Source: Bacteroidota bacterium
GTDB lineage: Bacteria; Bacteroidota; Bacteroidia; JABDFU01
NCBI GenBank assembly: GCA_013286385.1
Contig: JABDFU010000005.1
Location: 8,651 to 72,650 of the forward strand
Direction of reading: 5' to 3'
Length of the DNA stretch: 64,000 bases
Part shown: piece after piece, positions 11,912 to 21,161 of the stretch
Layout: each line of letters begins with the position of its first letter
Numbering within the stretch: the first letter of the stretch is position 1
Notes under the pieces: model-generated
The model's input: the letters and a program-made list of their open reading frames with translations, nothing else
What the model was told of the DNA's origin: nothing
Databases searched by the model: none
Program-made: the position numbers and the translations under genes

Positions 11912-13075
11912 ATGGTAAATCGAATTATTGAGGGGCATATCCAAAAGCTATGGAAGCATTTTCCGGTAGTCAGCGTTAACGGTCCCCGTCAGTCCGGCAA
12001 AACCACCCTTATCCGAAACCTGTTCAAGGCACTTCCCTATCAGACTATGGAAGACCCCGAAATACTTCAGTTATCCGAAAACGATCCCAGAAGATTTCTT
12101 GAATCCTTCCCAAAAGGAGCCATCTTTGATGAAGTTCAGCGCTCCCCTCATCTTTTCTCCTATATACAAGGCATCGTCGACGCTGATCCCAAAAAAAGAT
12201 TCGTACTTTCCGGTTCGCAAAACTTTCTGATGTCTGAACGAATTTCACAGACCCTTGCCGGTCGTGTTGGGATTGCCACTTTACTCCCGTTCAGTTATCA
12301 GGAAATCAAATCCGCGAAAATAAAAGTAAAAAACCTCGAAGACCTTTTGTTCAGGGGGGGCTACCCTCGTTTATACGACCGCAAGATTCCTGCCGACATT
12401 TACTTTCCGAACTACGTGTCAACTTACCTCGAACGCGATGTCAAACAGATCAAAAACATAGGAGATTTAAGTGTATTTACCCGCTTTATCAAGTTATGCG
12501 CAGGAAGGGCGGGGCAATTGCTGAACCTCACCTCTTTATCGAATGATGCCGGCATTTCGGTCAATACGGTAAAATCCTGGCTATCCATACTCGAGGCGAG
12601 CTATATCGTTTTCATGCTGCAACCCCATCACACAAATTTCAACAAACGACTCACGAAGACTCCGAAAATCTACTTTTACGATACCGGTTTGCTGTGTTAT
12701 TTGTCTGAGATTAAGAAGGCATCTCAGTTAAATTCGCATTATAACAGAGGAGGGGTCTTTGAGAACTTTGTCATCGCCGAACTGATTAAAAAATATTACA
12801 ACCAGGGGAAAAGACCGAACCTTAATTTCTGGCAGAACAACCACGGTAAAGAAATTGATCTCATTGTCAACCGGGGAAACCGCCTCACCCCGGTTGAAAT
12901 AAAATCTTCGGTAACTATGAATCCCAAACAATTAGACAACATTGACTACTGGCATAAATTGTCAAAAGAAAACTCAGAAAATGGCTATGTTATCTATGCC
13001 GGCGACCAGGACATCCGGTTAAGCCGGGGAACAATGCTTTCCTGGAAAACATTTTCCGAAAAACTGAAAATTTAA
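11912..13075 (+). CDS. AAA-family ATPase with C-terminal DUF4143-like domain
   Basis: The track ORF begins at 11864; I use the ATG at 11912. Walker A is NGPRQSGKTT and Walker B-like is AIFDEVQ. The architecture matches the widespread 'ATP-binding protein (AAA_14 + DUF4143)' family. Confidence 0.8.
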   Translation: MVNRIIEGHIQKLWKHFPVVSVNGPRQSGKTTLIRNLFKALPYQTMEDPEILQLSENDPRRFLESFPKGAIFDEVQRSPHLFSYIQGIVDADPKKRFVLSGSQNFLMSERISQTLAGRVGIATLLPFSYQEIKSAKIKVKNLEDLLFRGGYPRLYDRKIPADIYFPNYVSTYLERDVKQIKNIGDLSVFTRFIKLCAGRAGQLLNLTSLSNDAGISVNTVKSWLSILEASYIVFMLQPHHTNFNKRLTKTPKIYFYDTGLLCYLSEIKKASQLNSHYNRGGVFENFVIAELIKKYYNQGKRPNLNFWQNNHGKEIDLIVNRGNRLTPVEIKSSVTMNPKQLDNIDYWHKLSKENSENGYVIYAGDQDIRLSRGTMLSWKTFSEKLKI

Positions 13076-13090
13076 CCCTTTAAAAGCCCG

Positions 13091-14140
13091 ATGAATCCCA
13101 TGCTTGCCATCGACATACACACCCATATCCTCCCCGAAACCATGCCCGACTGGGCGAAAAAATTCGGCTACGGAGGCTTCGTCAGTCTCGAACATCACAA
13201 GCCCTGCTGCGCCCGCATGATGATTGATACTAAATTTTTCCGCGAAATCCAGGAAAACTGCTGGTCCCCCGAAGTCCGCATTCACGAATGCGACCAGTTC
13301 AGGAAGCACCACGGACACCAGGAGCACAGTGGACATCAGGTGCAGGTACTGTCCACCATCCCCGTGATGTTCAGCTATTGGGCCCAGCCAAACGACTGCC
13401 TTCAGTTAAGCCAGTTCCTCAACGATCACATTGCAGGCATCGTTCAAAAATACCCCAAACGCTTCATCGGCCTGGGCACACTTCCCATGCAGGCCCCTGA
13501 CCTGGCCCTGAAAGAACTCGAACGCTGCAAACAGATGGGCCTTGCCGGCATACAGATCGGCTCGCATGTAAACGATCTCAACCTCGACGACCCCAAACTC
13601 TTTCCTGTATTTCAGGCCTGCACTGAACTCAACATGTCCCTTTTCGTTCACCCCTGGGACATGATGGGGCAAAGCAAAATGCAGAAATACTGGCTGCCCT
13701 GGCTGGTAGGCATGCCTGCCGAAACTTCCCTGGCCATCTGTTCGATGATCTTCGGAGGCGTACTCGAGCGCCTCCCAACCTTAAGAGTTGCCTTCGCCCA
13801 CGGAGGCGGTTCCTTCCCCTCAACTATAGGCCGTATCGAACACGGTTTCATCTCAAGACCCGATCTGGTCGCCATCGACAACAAAGTAAATCCCAGAAAC
13901 TACCTGGGAAAAATCTGGTTCGATTCCCTGGTCCACGATCCCAACATGCTCAAATACCTTGTCGACCTCGCAGGCCCCCGCCGCGTCGCCTTAGGCAGCG
14001 ACTACCCCTTCCCGCTTGGTGAAACAGAGCCCGGGAAACTCATATGCGAATCGAATTTTTCAGAAGAAATCAAAAAAGCGCTGCTATACGAAGCAGCGCT
14101 GGAATGGCTGAAAAAAAGGAAAGAAGAATTTATTTCCTAA
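13091..14140 (+). CDS. 2-amino-3-carboxymuconate-6-semialdehyde decarboxylase (ACMSD, amidohydrolase-2 family)
   Basis: 349 aa, alignable from memory along its whole length to animal ACMSD ([61 protein letters not shown]). It carries a His-rich insertion at about 13298..13339. Confidence 0.85.
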   Translation: MNPMLAIDIHTHILPETMPDWAKKFGYGGFVSLEHHKPCCARMMIDTKFFREIQENCWSPEVRIHECDQFRKHHGHQEHSGHQVQVLSTIPVMFSYWAQPNDCLQLSQFLNDHIAGIVQKYPKRFIGLGTLPMQAPDLALKELERCKQMGLAGIQIGSHVNDLNLDDPKLFPVFQACTELNMSLFVHPWDMMGQSKMQKYWLPWLVGMPAETSLAICSMIFGGVLERLPTLRVAFAHGGGSFPSTIGRIEHGFISRPDLVAIDNKVNPRNYLGKIWFDSLVHDPNMLKYLVDLAGPRRVALGSDYPFPLGETEPGKLICESNFSEEIKKALLYEAALEWLKKRKEEFIS

Positions 14141-14143
14141 ATT

Positions 14144-14172
14144 ATACGTATCTTTGTATAAATTCATACGTA
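14144..14172 (+). promoter_or_regulatory. Candidate promoter/operator of the antitoxin-PIN pair
   Basis: An exact -7 box, TATCTTTG (14149..14156), lies 18 nt before the ATG at 14175. It is bracketed by two copies of ATACGTA (14144..14150 and 14166..14172), each containing the palindrome TACGTA, 22 bp apart. Confidence 0.4.
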
Positions 14173-14174
14173 AC

Positions 14175-14423
14175 ATGACAACCAAACTAACCCTGTCAAT
14201 CGAAAAAAGCGTTATCAGAAAAGCCAAGGATTATGCTTTAAAAAGCGGCAGAAGCCTGTCTGACCTTATACAATCTTATCTGGAAAACCTTACCAGCAAC
14301 TCAGAAACAGATATGGAAAAAATGCCTCCCGATTTGCAAAAACTCTTTGGCGTGACAAAAATTCCTACATCTTTGGATCATAAAAAAGAAATACGAAAAA
14401 TACTTAGCTCAAAACACAGTTAA
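14175..14423 (+). CDS. Putative antitoxin (small protein upstream of the PIN toxin)
   Basis: The track ORF starts at TTG 14154; the ATG at 14175 (MTTKLTLSIEKSVIRKAKDYALKSGRSLSDLIQSYL) is more plausible. It is a small protein whose stop directly abuts the PIN gene start. Confidence 0.6.
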   Translation: MTTKLTLSIEKSVIRKAKDYALKSGRSLSDLIQSYLENLTSNSETDMEKMPPDLQKLFGVTKIPTSLDHKKEIRKILSSKHS

Positions 14424-14837
14424 TTGGAGCATCTGTTTTTAGATACGGATATTTTAATTGATTTTCTGGGAGATAGAAAGCCCTTTTCGAAATTCTCCGC
14501 TCAATTATTTATTAAAGGACAGAAAAAGAAATATAAACTTTACACTTCAGGAAATTCTATAACAACAGCCTATTACATATTGTGTAAAAGCCTTTCAGAA
14601 AGAACTGTACGGGAATTGATTCCAACACTTTTAAAACATGTTGAATTGATTCCCATAAACGAAAAAGTCTTATTGGAAGCCGTCCAGTCAGACTTCAAAG
14701 ACTTCGAAGACGCAGTGCAGCATGCAAGCGCATTAACCGAAAACAGAATAAAATGCATTGTAACACGAAATTTACGGGATTATAAAAAAAGCAAATTAAC
14801 AGTGCTAAGTCCTGAGGAAATGTTAAAGATTTCCTAA
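14424..14837 (+). CDS. PIN-domain toxin (VapC-like ribonuclease)
   Basis: 137 aa. N-terminal LFLDTDILIDFL (first acidic PIN residue), a later FEDAVQ, and C-terminal IVTRNLRDY. TTG start immediately after the antitoxin TAA. Confidence 0.7.
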   Translation: MEHLFLDTDILIDFLGDRKPFSKFSAQLFIKGQKKKYKLYTSGNSITTAYYILCKSLSERTVRELIPTLLKHVELIPINEKVLLEAVQSDFKDFEDAVQHASALTENRIKCIVTRNLRDYKKSKLTVLSPEEMLKIS

Positions 14838-14853
14838 ACACAAAAACAGCCCC

Positions 14854-15879
14854 ATGAACTACAGCGCCAGTCAAATCGCCAGCCTCCTGAAAGGCACCAT
14901 CGAGGGCAATCCCCATGTCAGCATCAGCAAATTGTCGAAAATCGAAGAAGGTGAACCCGGCTCACTTTCCTTTCTGGCAAACCCCTTGTACACACCCTAT
15001 TTATATACTACCAAAGCTTCCCTGGTAATCATCAATAAGAATTTTGCGCTGACTGCCCCGGTCAGTACAACCCTCATTCGTGTGGACTCAGCCGAAAATG
15101 CATTTGCCATACTTCTCGAAATGTACAACACCGTGAAGCTCAACAAAACAGGAATTTCAAAACAATCCTGCATCGAAGAAAGTGCCAAAACAGGACAAAA
15201 CCTTTATGCCGGCCCCTTTTCCTACATAGGTGAAAACGCCAGAATAGGAAACAACGTAAAAATTTACCCCCAGGTCTACATCGGGGACAACGTAGAAATC
15301 GGAGACAATACCACCCTGTTCTCCGGATCAAAAATTTATTCCGGTTGCAAAATCGGCAAAAATTGTATCATCCATTCAGGAACCGTCATTGGCAGTGACG
15401 GATTCAGATTTGCACTTCAGAACGACAACAAAAAAATTCCACAGATAGGAAATGTGGTCCTCGAGGACAACGTCGAAATAGGGGCAAACTGCGCCATCGA
15501 CAGAGCCACCCTGGGCTCCACCATATTAAGAAAGGGTGTGAAATTTGACAACCTGATTCACATTGCCCACAATGTAGAAGTAGGGGAAAATACCTATATC
15601 GCTGCCAATTGCGTCATTGCAGGCTCCACCAAAGTAGGTAAAAACTGCATGTTCAGCGGGCAGGTAGGATTGGTGGGTCACCTGCAGATTGCCGACAATA
15701 CCATTTTTGCGGCCCAGTCAGGTATCTCCAAAAGCATTACAAAAAAAGGCGGAGGCTACATGGGCTCTCCGGCTTTTGAAGTGGCGAAATACCGCAAAGC
15801 CTATATCCATTTCCGAAATATATCCGATCTGGTCGACCGTGTCAGCAAAATAGAGGGCTCTGATCCTGAAAAACCTTAA
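14854..15879 (+). CDS. lpxD: UDP-3-O-acylglucosamine N-acyltransferase
   Basis: 341 aa. LpxD-type N-terminus (SASQIASLLKGTIEGN) followed by left-handed beta-helix hexapeptide repeats (IGNNVKIYPQVYIGDNVEIGDNT...). Confidence 0.9.
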   Translation: MNYSASQIASLLKGTIEGNPHVSISKLSKIEEGEPGSLSFLANPLYTPYLYTTKASLVIINKNFALTAPVSTTLIRVDSAENAFAILLEMYNTVKLNKTGISKQSCIEESAKTGQNLYAGPFSYIGENARIGNNVKIYPQVYIGDNVEIGDNTTLFSGSKIYSGCKIGKNCIIHSGTVIGSDGFRFALQNDNKKIPQIGNVVLEDNVEIGANCAIDRATLGSTILRKGVKFDNLIHIAHNVEVGENTYIAANCVIAGSTKVGKNCMFSGQVGLVGHLQIADNTIFAAQSGISKSITKKGGGYMGSPAFEVAKYRKAYIHFRNISDLVDRVSKIEGSDPEKP

Positions 15880-15903
15880 GAAACGCAGTTATTCAGCTTT
15901 CTT

Positions 15904-16845
15904 TTACAGGTTCTCCGTGCCCTGAACTACATAAATCGGCCTTCCCTTGGATTCGTCGTAAATGCGGCGAATATACTCCGCAACGATCCAGATCAGAATA
16001 AACAAAAAGCCGATCAGCATAAACAAAGCAATTACCAGCCATTTGTAAAGCGGATAAACTACATGGTTTAGTATACTATCCCCGCAGATGTAAACCAGAA
16101 ATGAAAAACCTGATACAATACAAATCGTCCCTATAACCAACCCCATACGTAAAGGCAAAGAAGAAAAGCTAACCACCCCATCCATTGCCAGCCTGGCCAT
16201 CTTAAAATAATCGTACCCGCTTTTCCCGTGTATTCGCTCGGGTCGGTCAAAATCAACAATTGCATAATTAAAACCAAGCCAGGCCACCATTCCACGCAGG
16301 TACCTCGATTTTTCCCGCATGTTGTTGAGACTGTCCAATACCTTCCGGTCAACCAGCCTGAAATCCCCGATATCTCCTGTAATTTTGAGATCCGAATACC
16401 GCTTCATCAGAGAATAAAAAATACGTGCCGTCACCACCTTCATAAAACCTTCCTTTCGAAGCCTTCTCCTTGCAAATACAACCTTTGCTCCCTCCCGCCA
16501 TTTTTTGATCAGTTCAGGTATCAGCTCAGGCGGATCCTGCAAATCGCAATCCATTGTAATAATAACATCTCCTTTCGAATAATCCATGCCGGCTGTTAAT
16601 GCAGCCTGCTGTCCGAAGTTGCGGCTGAGATTCAGCAATTTAATCCTTCTGTCACTTTTCACCAGGCCGGCAATGACTTCAAAAGAGTTATCAGAACTCC
16701 CATCGTTGACAAAAATCAGTTCGCAGCCACAGTCAAGACTTCCAATCAATTCAAATAACTTATCCCTCAAGAAAAGGATATTCTGTTCCTCATTATAGAC
16801 AGGAACTACAATAGAAAGTAAATCAACCTTCTGATCCATATACAC
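15904..16845 (-). CDS. Family 2 glycosyltransferase of the polyprenyl-phosphate sugar synthase type (GtrB/ArnC/DPM1-like)
   Basis: 313 aa. GT-A N-terminus (LSIVVPVYNEE, FVNDGSSD, DCDLQDPP) plus two C-terminal transmembrane helices. This is the architecture of enzymes that make undecaprenyl- or dolichyl-phosphate monosaccharides. Confidence 0.8.
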   Translation of the reverse strand: MYMDQKVDLLSIVVPVYNEEQNILFLRDKLFELIGSLDCGCELIFVNDGSSDNSFEVIAGLVKSDRRIKLLNLSRNFGQQAALTAGMDYSKGDVIITMDCDLQDPPELIPELIKKWREGAKVVFARRRLRKEGFMKVVTARIFYSLMKRYSDLKITGDIGDFRLVDRKVLDSLNNMREKSRYLRGMVAWLGFNYAIVDFDRPERIHGKSGYDYFKMARLAMDGVVSFSSLPLRMGLVIGTICIVSGFSFLVYICGDSILNHVVYPLYKWLVIALFMLIGFLFILIWIVAEYIRRIYDESKGRPIYVVQGTENL

Positions 16846-16902
16846 CCGGCCTCTGGTTGATTAAAGATAGAACATATTAATATATTCTTACAAGGTAACT
16901 TT

Positions 16903-18162
16903 TCATCTGGTGACAATACTATAAATCAGCCACAAATAGAAGATTTGCAGTGTACACATCAAGCCAGACAAAATTCCAAGGCTTTGCACAATGCTCTTCA
17001 GGAATTCGCCGCCATAAAAAAGTGATAAAAGAGTTAACCCTGCTCCAGTCAATGAAATCAGTAACATCAGCCGGAGTTTACCAAGAATAACCAAGGCACC
17101 CGAAACCGAAGTCTTTACAAATTCCAGATAAAACCATGGAGCAAGAATACGGGCAAATTGTCCGGCCGGCCTCCATTTTTCACCGAAAACCAAAGCGAAC
17201 AGATAAGGTCCTTCCATCAGAAAAAACAGCAAAAATGGCAAAGCCAGCAAAGCCGAACGTCCCATTGCATTTCTGACCAGCCGGTCAAGTTTTCCTCCGT
17301 TGTTATAAGTCTCCGAACCCTTTTGGTAAAAAACAGCTCCCAGAGGAATGGCGAGAATGCCAACCGGCAATACAAGGGCTCTTAAGGCAAAGGAAAAAAA
17401 ACCGGTTTCGGTACGGTCAAAAAAAAAGCCCATCAGGATAAGAACACCATTCATTAAAAACAAGTCCGCCAGCGTTTGCGGCAAATTGAAAGCAGGTATA
17501 GACTTGTATTCTTTCGCCTGCCTGAACATTTCCCTGAAGCTCACATTCCTGAAATCAACTACTTTTTTTCTCCATAGAATAAAAAACAAAAAACAGACTG
17601 TCAGCAATAGTCCGATCAGGTTTCCAGCCAGAAGTCCCCAGATATGAAATCCGTATGCCCCCAGTACCAAAAGAAAAGAATTGCTGATAAAAGACTGAAC
17701 AAAGCGTCCCCAGGAAGCCGTTTTAAAGGCTTTCACACGAACCATCCAACTATTGAGCAACTGCATCAATCCCAATAAAAAGACAAACAAAGGCAGAACG
17801 CCGTTTTCCAGGGGATCCATGAACCGCTTGACCAGCTCAGAATGAAAAAAAAATTCGTTCACAAGCACCCACAGCAAACAAAAAAGGCTGAAAAAACAAA
17901 GGAGACAAAAAGCAAGTCCGGCGGTGTTTGCAGAAGCCTTATCCTCTTTCAGAAGAATAATAGCCAGCTCATACCGGGCTGAAGCAACTGCAGCCAGGCC
18001 GCTCACAATTGAAAAATAAATGGCAAAAGTTCCGATTTCCTGTGGAGAATACAGACGGGCCTGAAGCGGAAGAGTGAGTGAAGAAATGGCTTGGCCAAGA
18101 ACACTTCCCAAAACCAATATAAAAGAATTTCGGGAAAAATCAGATTTGAAAAGATTAGACAT
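16903..18162 (-). CDS. Polysaccharide/oligosaccharide flippase (MOP/Wzx-like)
   Basis: 419 aa and polytopic (12 or more hydrophobic segments). Its position in a glycosyltransferase cluster fits Wzx-type proteins. Confidence 0.7.
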   Translation of the reverse strand: MSNLFKSDFSRNSFILVLGSVLGQAISSLTLPLQARLYSPQEIGTFAIYFSIVSGLAAVASARYELAIILLKEDKASANTAGLAFCLLCFFSLFCLLWVLVNEFFFHSELVKRFMDPLENGVLPLFVFLLGLMQLLNSWMVRVKAFKTASWGRFVQSFISNSFLLVLGAYGFHIWGLLAGNLIGLLLTVCFLFFILWRKKVVDFRNVSFREMFRQAKEYKSIPAFNLPQTLADLFLMNGVLILMGFFFDRTETGFFSFALRALVLPVGILAIPLGAVFYQKGSETYNNGGKLDRLVRNAMGRSALLALPFLLFFLMEGPYLFALVFGEKWRPAGQFARILAPWFYLEFVKTSVSGALVILGKLRLMLLISLTGAGLTLLSLFYGGEFLKSIVQSLGILSGLMCTLQIFYLWLIYSIVTR

Positions 18163-18232
18163 CCCTAAATATCATTATTGCTTATCTTTAGTCAGAAGAT
18201 CGAAATACTAAAATACAATTTAAGATTCTGTA

Positions 18233-19366
18233 TTGGAAACACCTGAGAATAAAAAGATATCCGCTAGGTTTAGCAACCTGGATGCGGTTAGAGGATTAGG
18301 AGTAACCATATTGTTCATCGCTCACATTGAAACGCTAAAAAGCTATTTAGGTTTTCCTAACTTCTCGAAACTGTTTGTCCAATACCATTTTGGTTTTATT
18401 ACCCTTGTTGTCTTTTTTGTACTAAGCGGATTTTTAATAACACATTTATTACTTTCTGAAAAAACAAATAAGGGAGAAATTTCCGCCTTGGGATTCTACA
18501 AAAGAAGAATTTACAGGTTATGGCCTGTTTATTACCTTGCATTTGGTGTTGCTGTTTATATTTTACCACATTTCCATATATTCACTTCAATTTCATATTA
18601 TTCGATCGAGATTTTGAAACCGACAAATTGGGTGGGAATAACTCTCTTTTTATTTCACCAGCCCGATGTTGCTTTTATTAAGCATGTGTATCAGTTCATC
18701 GGGCAATTTTGGTCTATCGGTGTGGAAGAAAAATTCTACTTTATATGGCCATTGCTTTTGAAGTACGCAAAAAATCCTCTCAAATCCCTTCTGGTAACGT
18801 TAGCCATTCTGCTGATCCTGAAGACAACAATTTTACTTGGGGTGATTTACATACCAGGCTCCAACACATTGGGATCCATTCACACGTATTTTACGCGTTT
18901 TATGGTCGACTCTATGCTCATGGGGGGAATCATCGCTTGTCTTTCCGTTCAAAAACACAGATTTCTTGAACGCTTGTACAAACGTTCAACGCAATGGGCT
19001 GCAGGTGTTGGAATTGCACTACTTTTAATTGCTTCCTTTTGGGGGGGCATGACCCATTATTTTCTTTTTGCACCCATGGTATCCGTATTTATTCTGAACA
19101 TGGCCACCAACCCAAACTCCTTGGTTAAAATCAGCAATCCGGTAACCAACTACATTGGAAAAATTTCTTACGGAATGTACATGTACTCCATTATCGTAAT
19201 AGTATTTACAATTTCAATTGCACAAAAACTACATTTGGAAACAAACGAATGGCAATTCAATGTCTTCATTTATTTGTTCTCCTATCTTTTGGCTACAACG
19301 GTTTCATCCGTTTCTTACTATTTTTTCGAAAAAAAATTCACGACAACAACTGTATCCAAAATTTAA
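18233..19366 (+). CDS. Acyltransferase family 3 membrane protein (sugar O-acyltransferase)
   Basis: 377 aa, TTG start. N-terminal NLDAVRGLGVTILFIAH and WSIGVEEKFYFIWP motifs typical of acyltransferase_3. It contains a G7 run at 19041..19047, and its 3' end overlaps the convergent GT8 gene by 29 nt. Confidence 0.8.
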   Translation: METPENKKISARFSNLDAVRGLGVTILFIAHIETLKSYLGFPNFSKLFVQYHFGFITLVVFFVLSGFLITHLLLSEKTNKGEISALGFYKRRIYRLWPVYYLAFGVAVYILPHFHIFTSISYYSIEILKPTNWVGITLFLFHQPDVAFIKHVYQFIGQFWSIGVEEKFYFIWPLLLKYAKNPLKSLLVTLAILLILKTTILLGVIYIPGSNTLGSIHTYFTRFMVDSMLMGGIIACLSVQKHRFLERLYKRSTQWAAGVGIALLLIASFWGGMTHYFLFAPMVSVFILNMATNPNSLVKISNPVTNYIGKISYGMYMYSIIVIVFTISIAQKLHLETNEWQFNVFIYLFSYLLATTVSSVSYYFFEKKFTTTTVSKI

Positions 19367-20273
19367 AAAAACGGATTACATGTTCCTTTATACTTTGTGA
19401 GGTCTCCCTGAAAATTTCATCTGCAGTGTGTCTGATTTTCCCGTTCCAGGGAGTCAATGATCTGAAATACAAATATTCGCGTTTAAAAGGATGCCTGTTC
19501 CAAAAAAACCATGGCTTGCTGACACCTGTAAAATGAACCATTCCGGGGTTTCTGCGCAGTTTGGTCAACTCCGATTTACTTATATTATAATAGCCTGGCA
19601 GCATTTTATCAAAAAAGAAATTGGTATTGACATTCCAATAATTATCCAATTTAAGCCATCGGTTTCCAATCACGGCATTCAAAACATCCTGATCCCAGAA
19701 TTTTATTTTAGTGCTATCCCTGCTAATAAAAATAAGAGCGGCACCTGTAATGTCTTCCTCACGCCATTTTGACAGATTAATGAACAGGAGACCCGAATTA
19801 AAATAACCTCTTCCGGATGGGATTCTTAAACTTTCAATATGCCTCTTTAATTCATCTGTCCGCTGCCAATGTTCCTCGACTGCTCCAATCAGAAAATTGT
19901 TTAAATCACTTTCCCATAAAGAGCTGATTTTATCACGAATGATAACGTCGCAATCCAGGTAAAGGACTCTTGAAATTTCCTTTGACAAAAACTCTGGTAT
20001 GTAAATCCTGTAGTAGGCGGCTTTAGTAATACGCATATCAGTCGGAACTTTTTCCAATAGTTCATCCTGAACCTTGTAAAAAGTACACAACTGATGATTT
20101 TCCAAAACAAATCGCTCCAGCTGCAATTTATTTTCGACGTTCAGTCCGCCTTCAAAAATGTGAATATGAAACCATGAGTCCCGGTTCGTTTGAAACAATG
20201 AAGCAAGCATAGTTGCACAATGGGGAACAAATTTATCGTCACTCGAGCAGGCAATATGGAAAATTTCAGCCAT
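19338..20273 (-). CDS. Family 8 glycosyltransferase (LPS/glycan alpha-glycosyltransferase)
   Basis: 311 aa. Motifs: IACSSDDKFVPHCATMLASL, YYRIYIPEFL, LYLDCDVII (DxD), YFNSGLLFINL. Confidence 0.85.
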   Translation of the reverse strand: MAEIFHIACSSDDKFVPHCATMLASLFQTNRDSWFHIHIFEGGLNVENKLQLERFVLENHQLCTFYKVQDELLEKVPTDMRITKAAYYRIYIPEFLSKEISRVLYLDCDVIIRDKISSLWESDLNNFLIGAVEEHWQRTDELKRHIESLRIPSGRGYFNSGLLFINLSKWREEDITGAALIFISRDSTKIKFWDQDVLNAVIGNRWLKLDNYWNVNTNFFFDKMLPGYYNISKSELTKLRRNPGMVHFTGVSKPWFFWNRHPFKREYLYFRSLTPWNGKIRHTADEIFRETSQSIKEHVIRFFKFWIQLLS

Positions 20274-21161
20274 TTAATTTAAACTACGCACTTTTATCTT
20301 GGCATACGTCTCCAGGAGGATCTTCTTCAAGGAAAATTTGGCCTCATTTTTCCACGGAGTAGTGAGACAATAATTCAAATACTCTGTTTTAAATGGATGA
20401 CTGTTCCAATAGCTCCAGGGCTTGCTGTATCCTGAAAAATGAACGACACCTGGATTTTTCTTCAGTTGCTTCAGTTCTTCTTTTTCGATATCCGAATACA
20501 GATCGGATGAATTGTAAAAATAGCGGTGTCCTACATTCCATTTTTTCTCAATAGCAAACCATTTCCTCTTCAAAACAACATTCAGAACATCCTGATCATG
20601 ATATTTTATACTTAACTTATCCGACCGGATAAAACGCATGCACTTTTCCGTGTAATTCTCTTCTCGCCATAAGGACAAGTTGATCAGCATAACTCCCGCA
20701 TTAAAATAGCTTTCCGAAGCTGCAATTTGTAAACGCATCAGGTGTTCATCCGGCATTGGTTCCTCAGCCGCTCCGATCACATTTCTCCCCAAATCAGCAT
20801 TCCAAAGGGAAACTATTCTTTCCCGAATAATTAAATCCGAATCTAAATAAAGAACCTTGGTAATACCCCTGGGTAGTAAATCAGGAATAATGATTTTATA
20901 ATAACTTGCCCGTTTAATGTGGCCGTCAACCGGCGCAGCCTTAAACAACTCATCATTCACCAAATAAAACGAACATCCCTGAAAATGCAAACCGATAAAA
21001 TCTTTTAACTCAATACGGTTCTCCGGTAACAGGTTCATTGAAAGAATGTGTATATGAAAGGAATCACCCTGGTTATTGAAAAACAAAGAGGCAAGCATTG
21101 TACCGCAATGCGGGACAAAACTGTCATCAATGGCACAGACGATATGGATGCATTCTTTCAT
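20274..21161 (-). CDS. Family 8 glycosyltransferase, tandem paralog
   Basis: 295 aa, collinear with the neighbouring GT8 (IVCAIDDSFVPHCGTMLASL, LYLDSDLII, YFNAGVMLINL). Its stop abuts the next gene's ATG. Confidence 0.85.
   Translation of the reverse strand: MKECIHIVCAIDDSFVPHCGTMLASLFFNNQGDSFHIHILSMNLLPENRIELKDFIGLHFQGCSFYLVNDELFKAAPVDGHIKRASYYKIIIPDLLPRGITKVLYLDSDLIIRERIVSLWNADLGRNVIGAAEEPMPDEHLMRLQIAASESYFNAGVMLINLSLWREENYTEKCMRFIRSDKLSIKYHDQDVLNVVLKRKWFAIEKKWNVGHRYFYNSSDLYSDIEKEELKQLKKNPGVVHFSGYSKPWSYWNSHPFKTEYLNYCLTTPWKNEAKFSLKKILLETYAKIKVRSLN

Noticed and set aside
11912-14837. The AAA/DUF4143 ATPase plus the PIN toxin-antitoxin pair as a possible defence island or mobile element.
   Set aside because: There is no integrase, transposase, nuclease partner or flanking direct repeats. 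The genes are separated by ACMSD and are individually common, so I keep only the weaker 'inserted cassette' idea.
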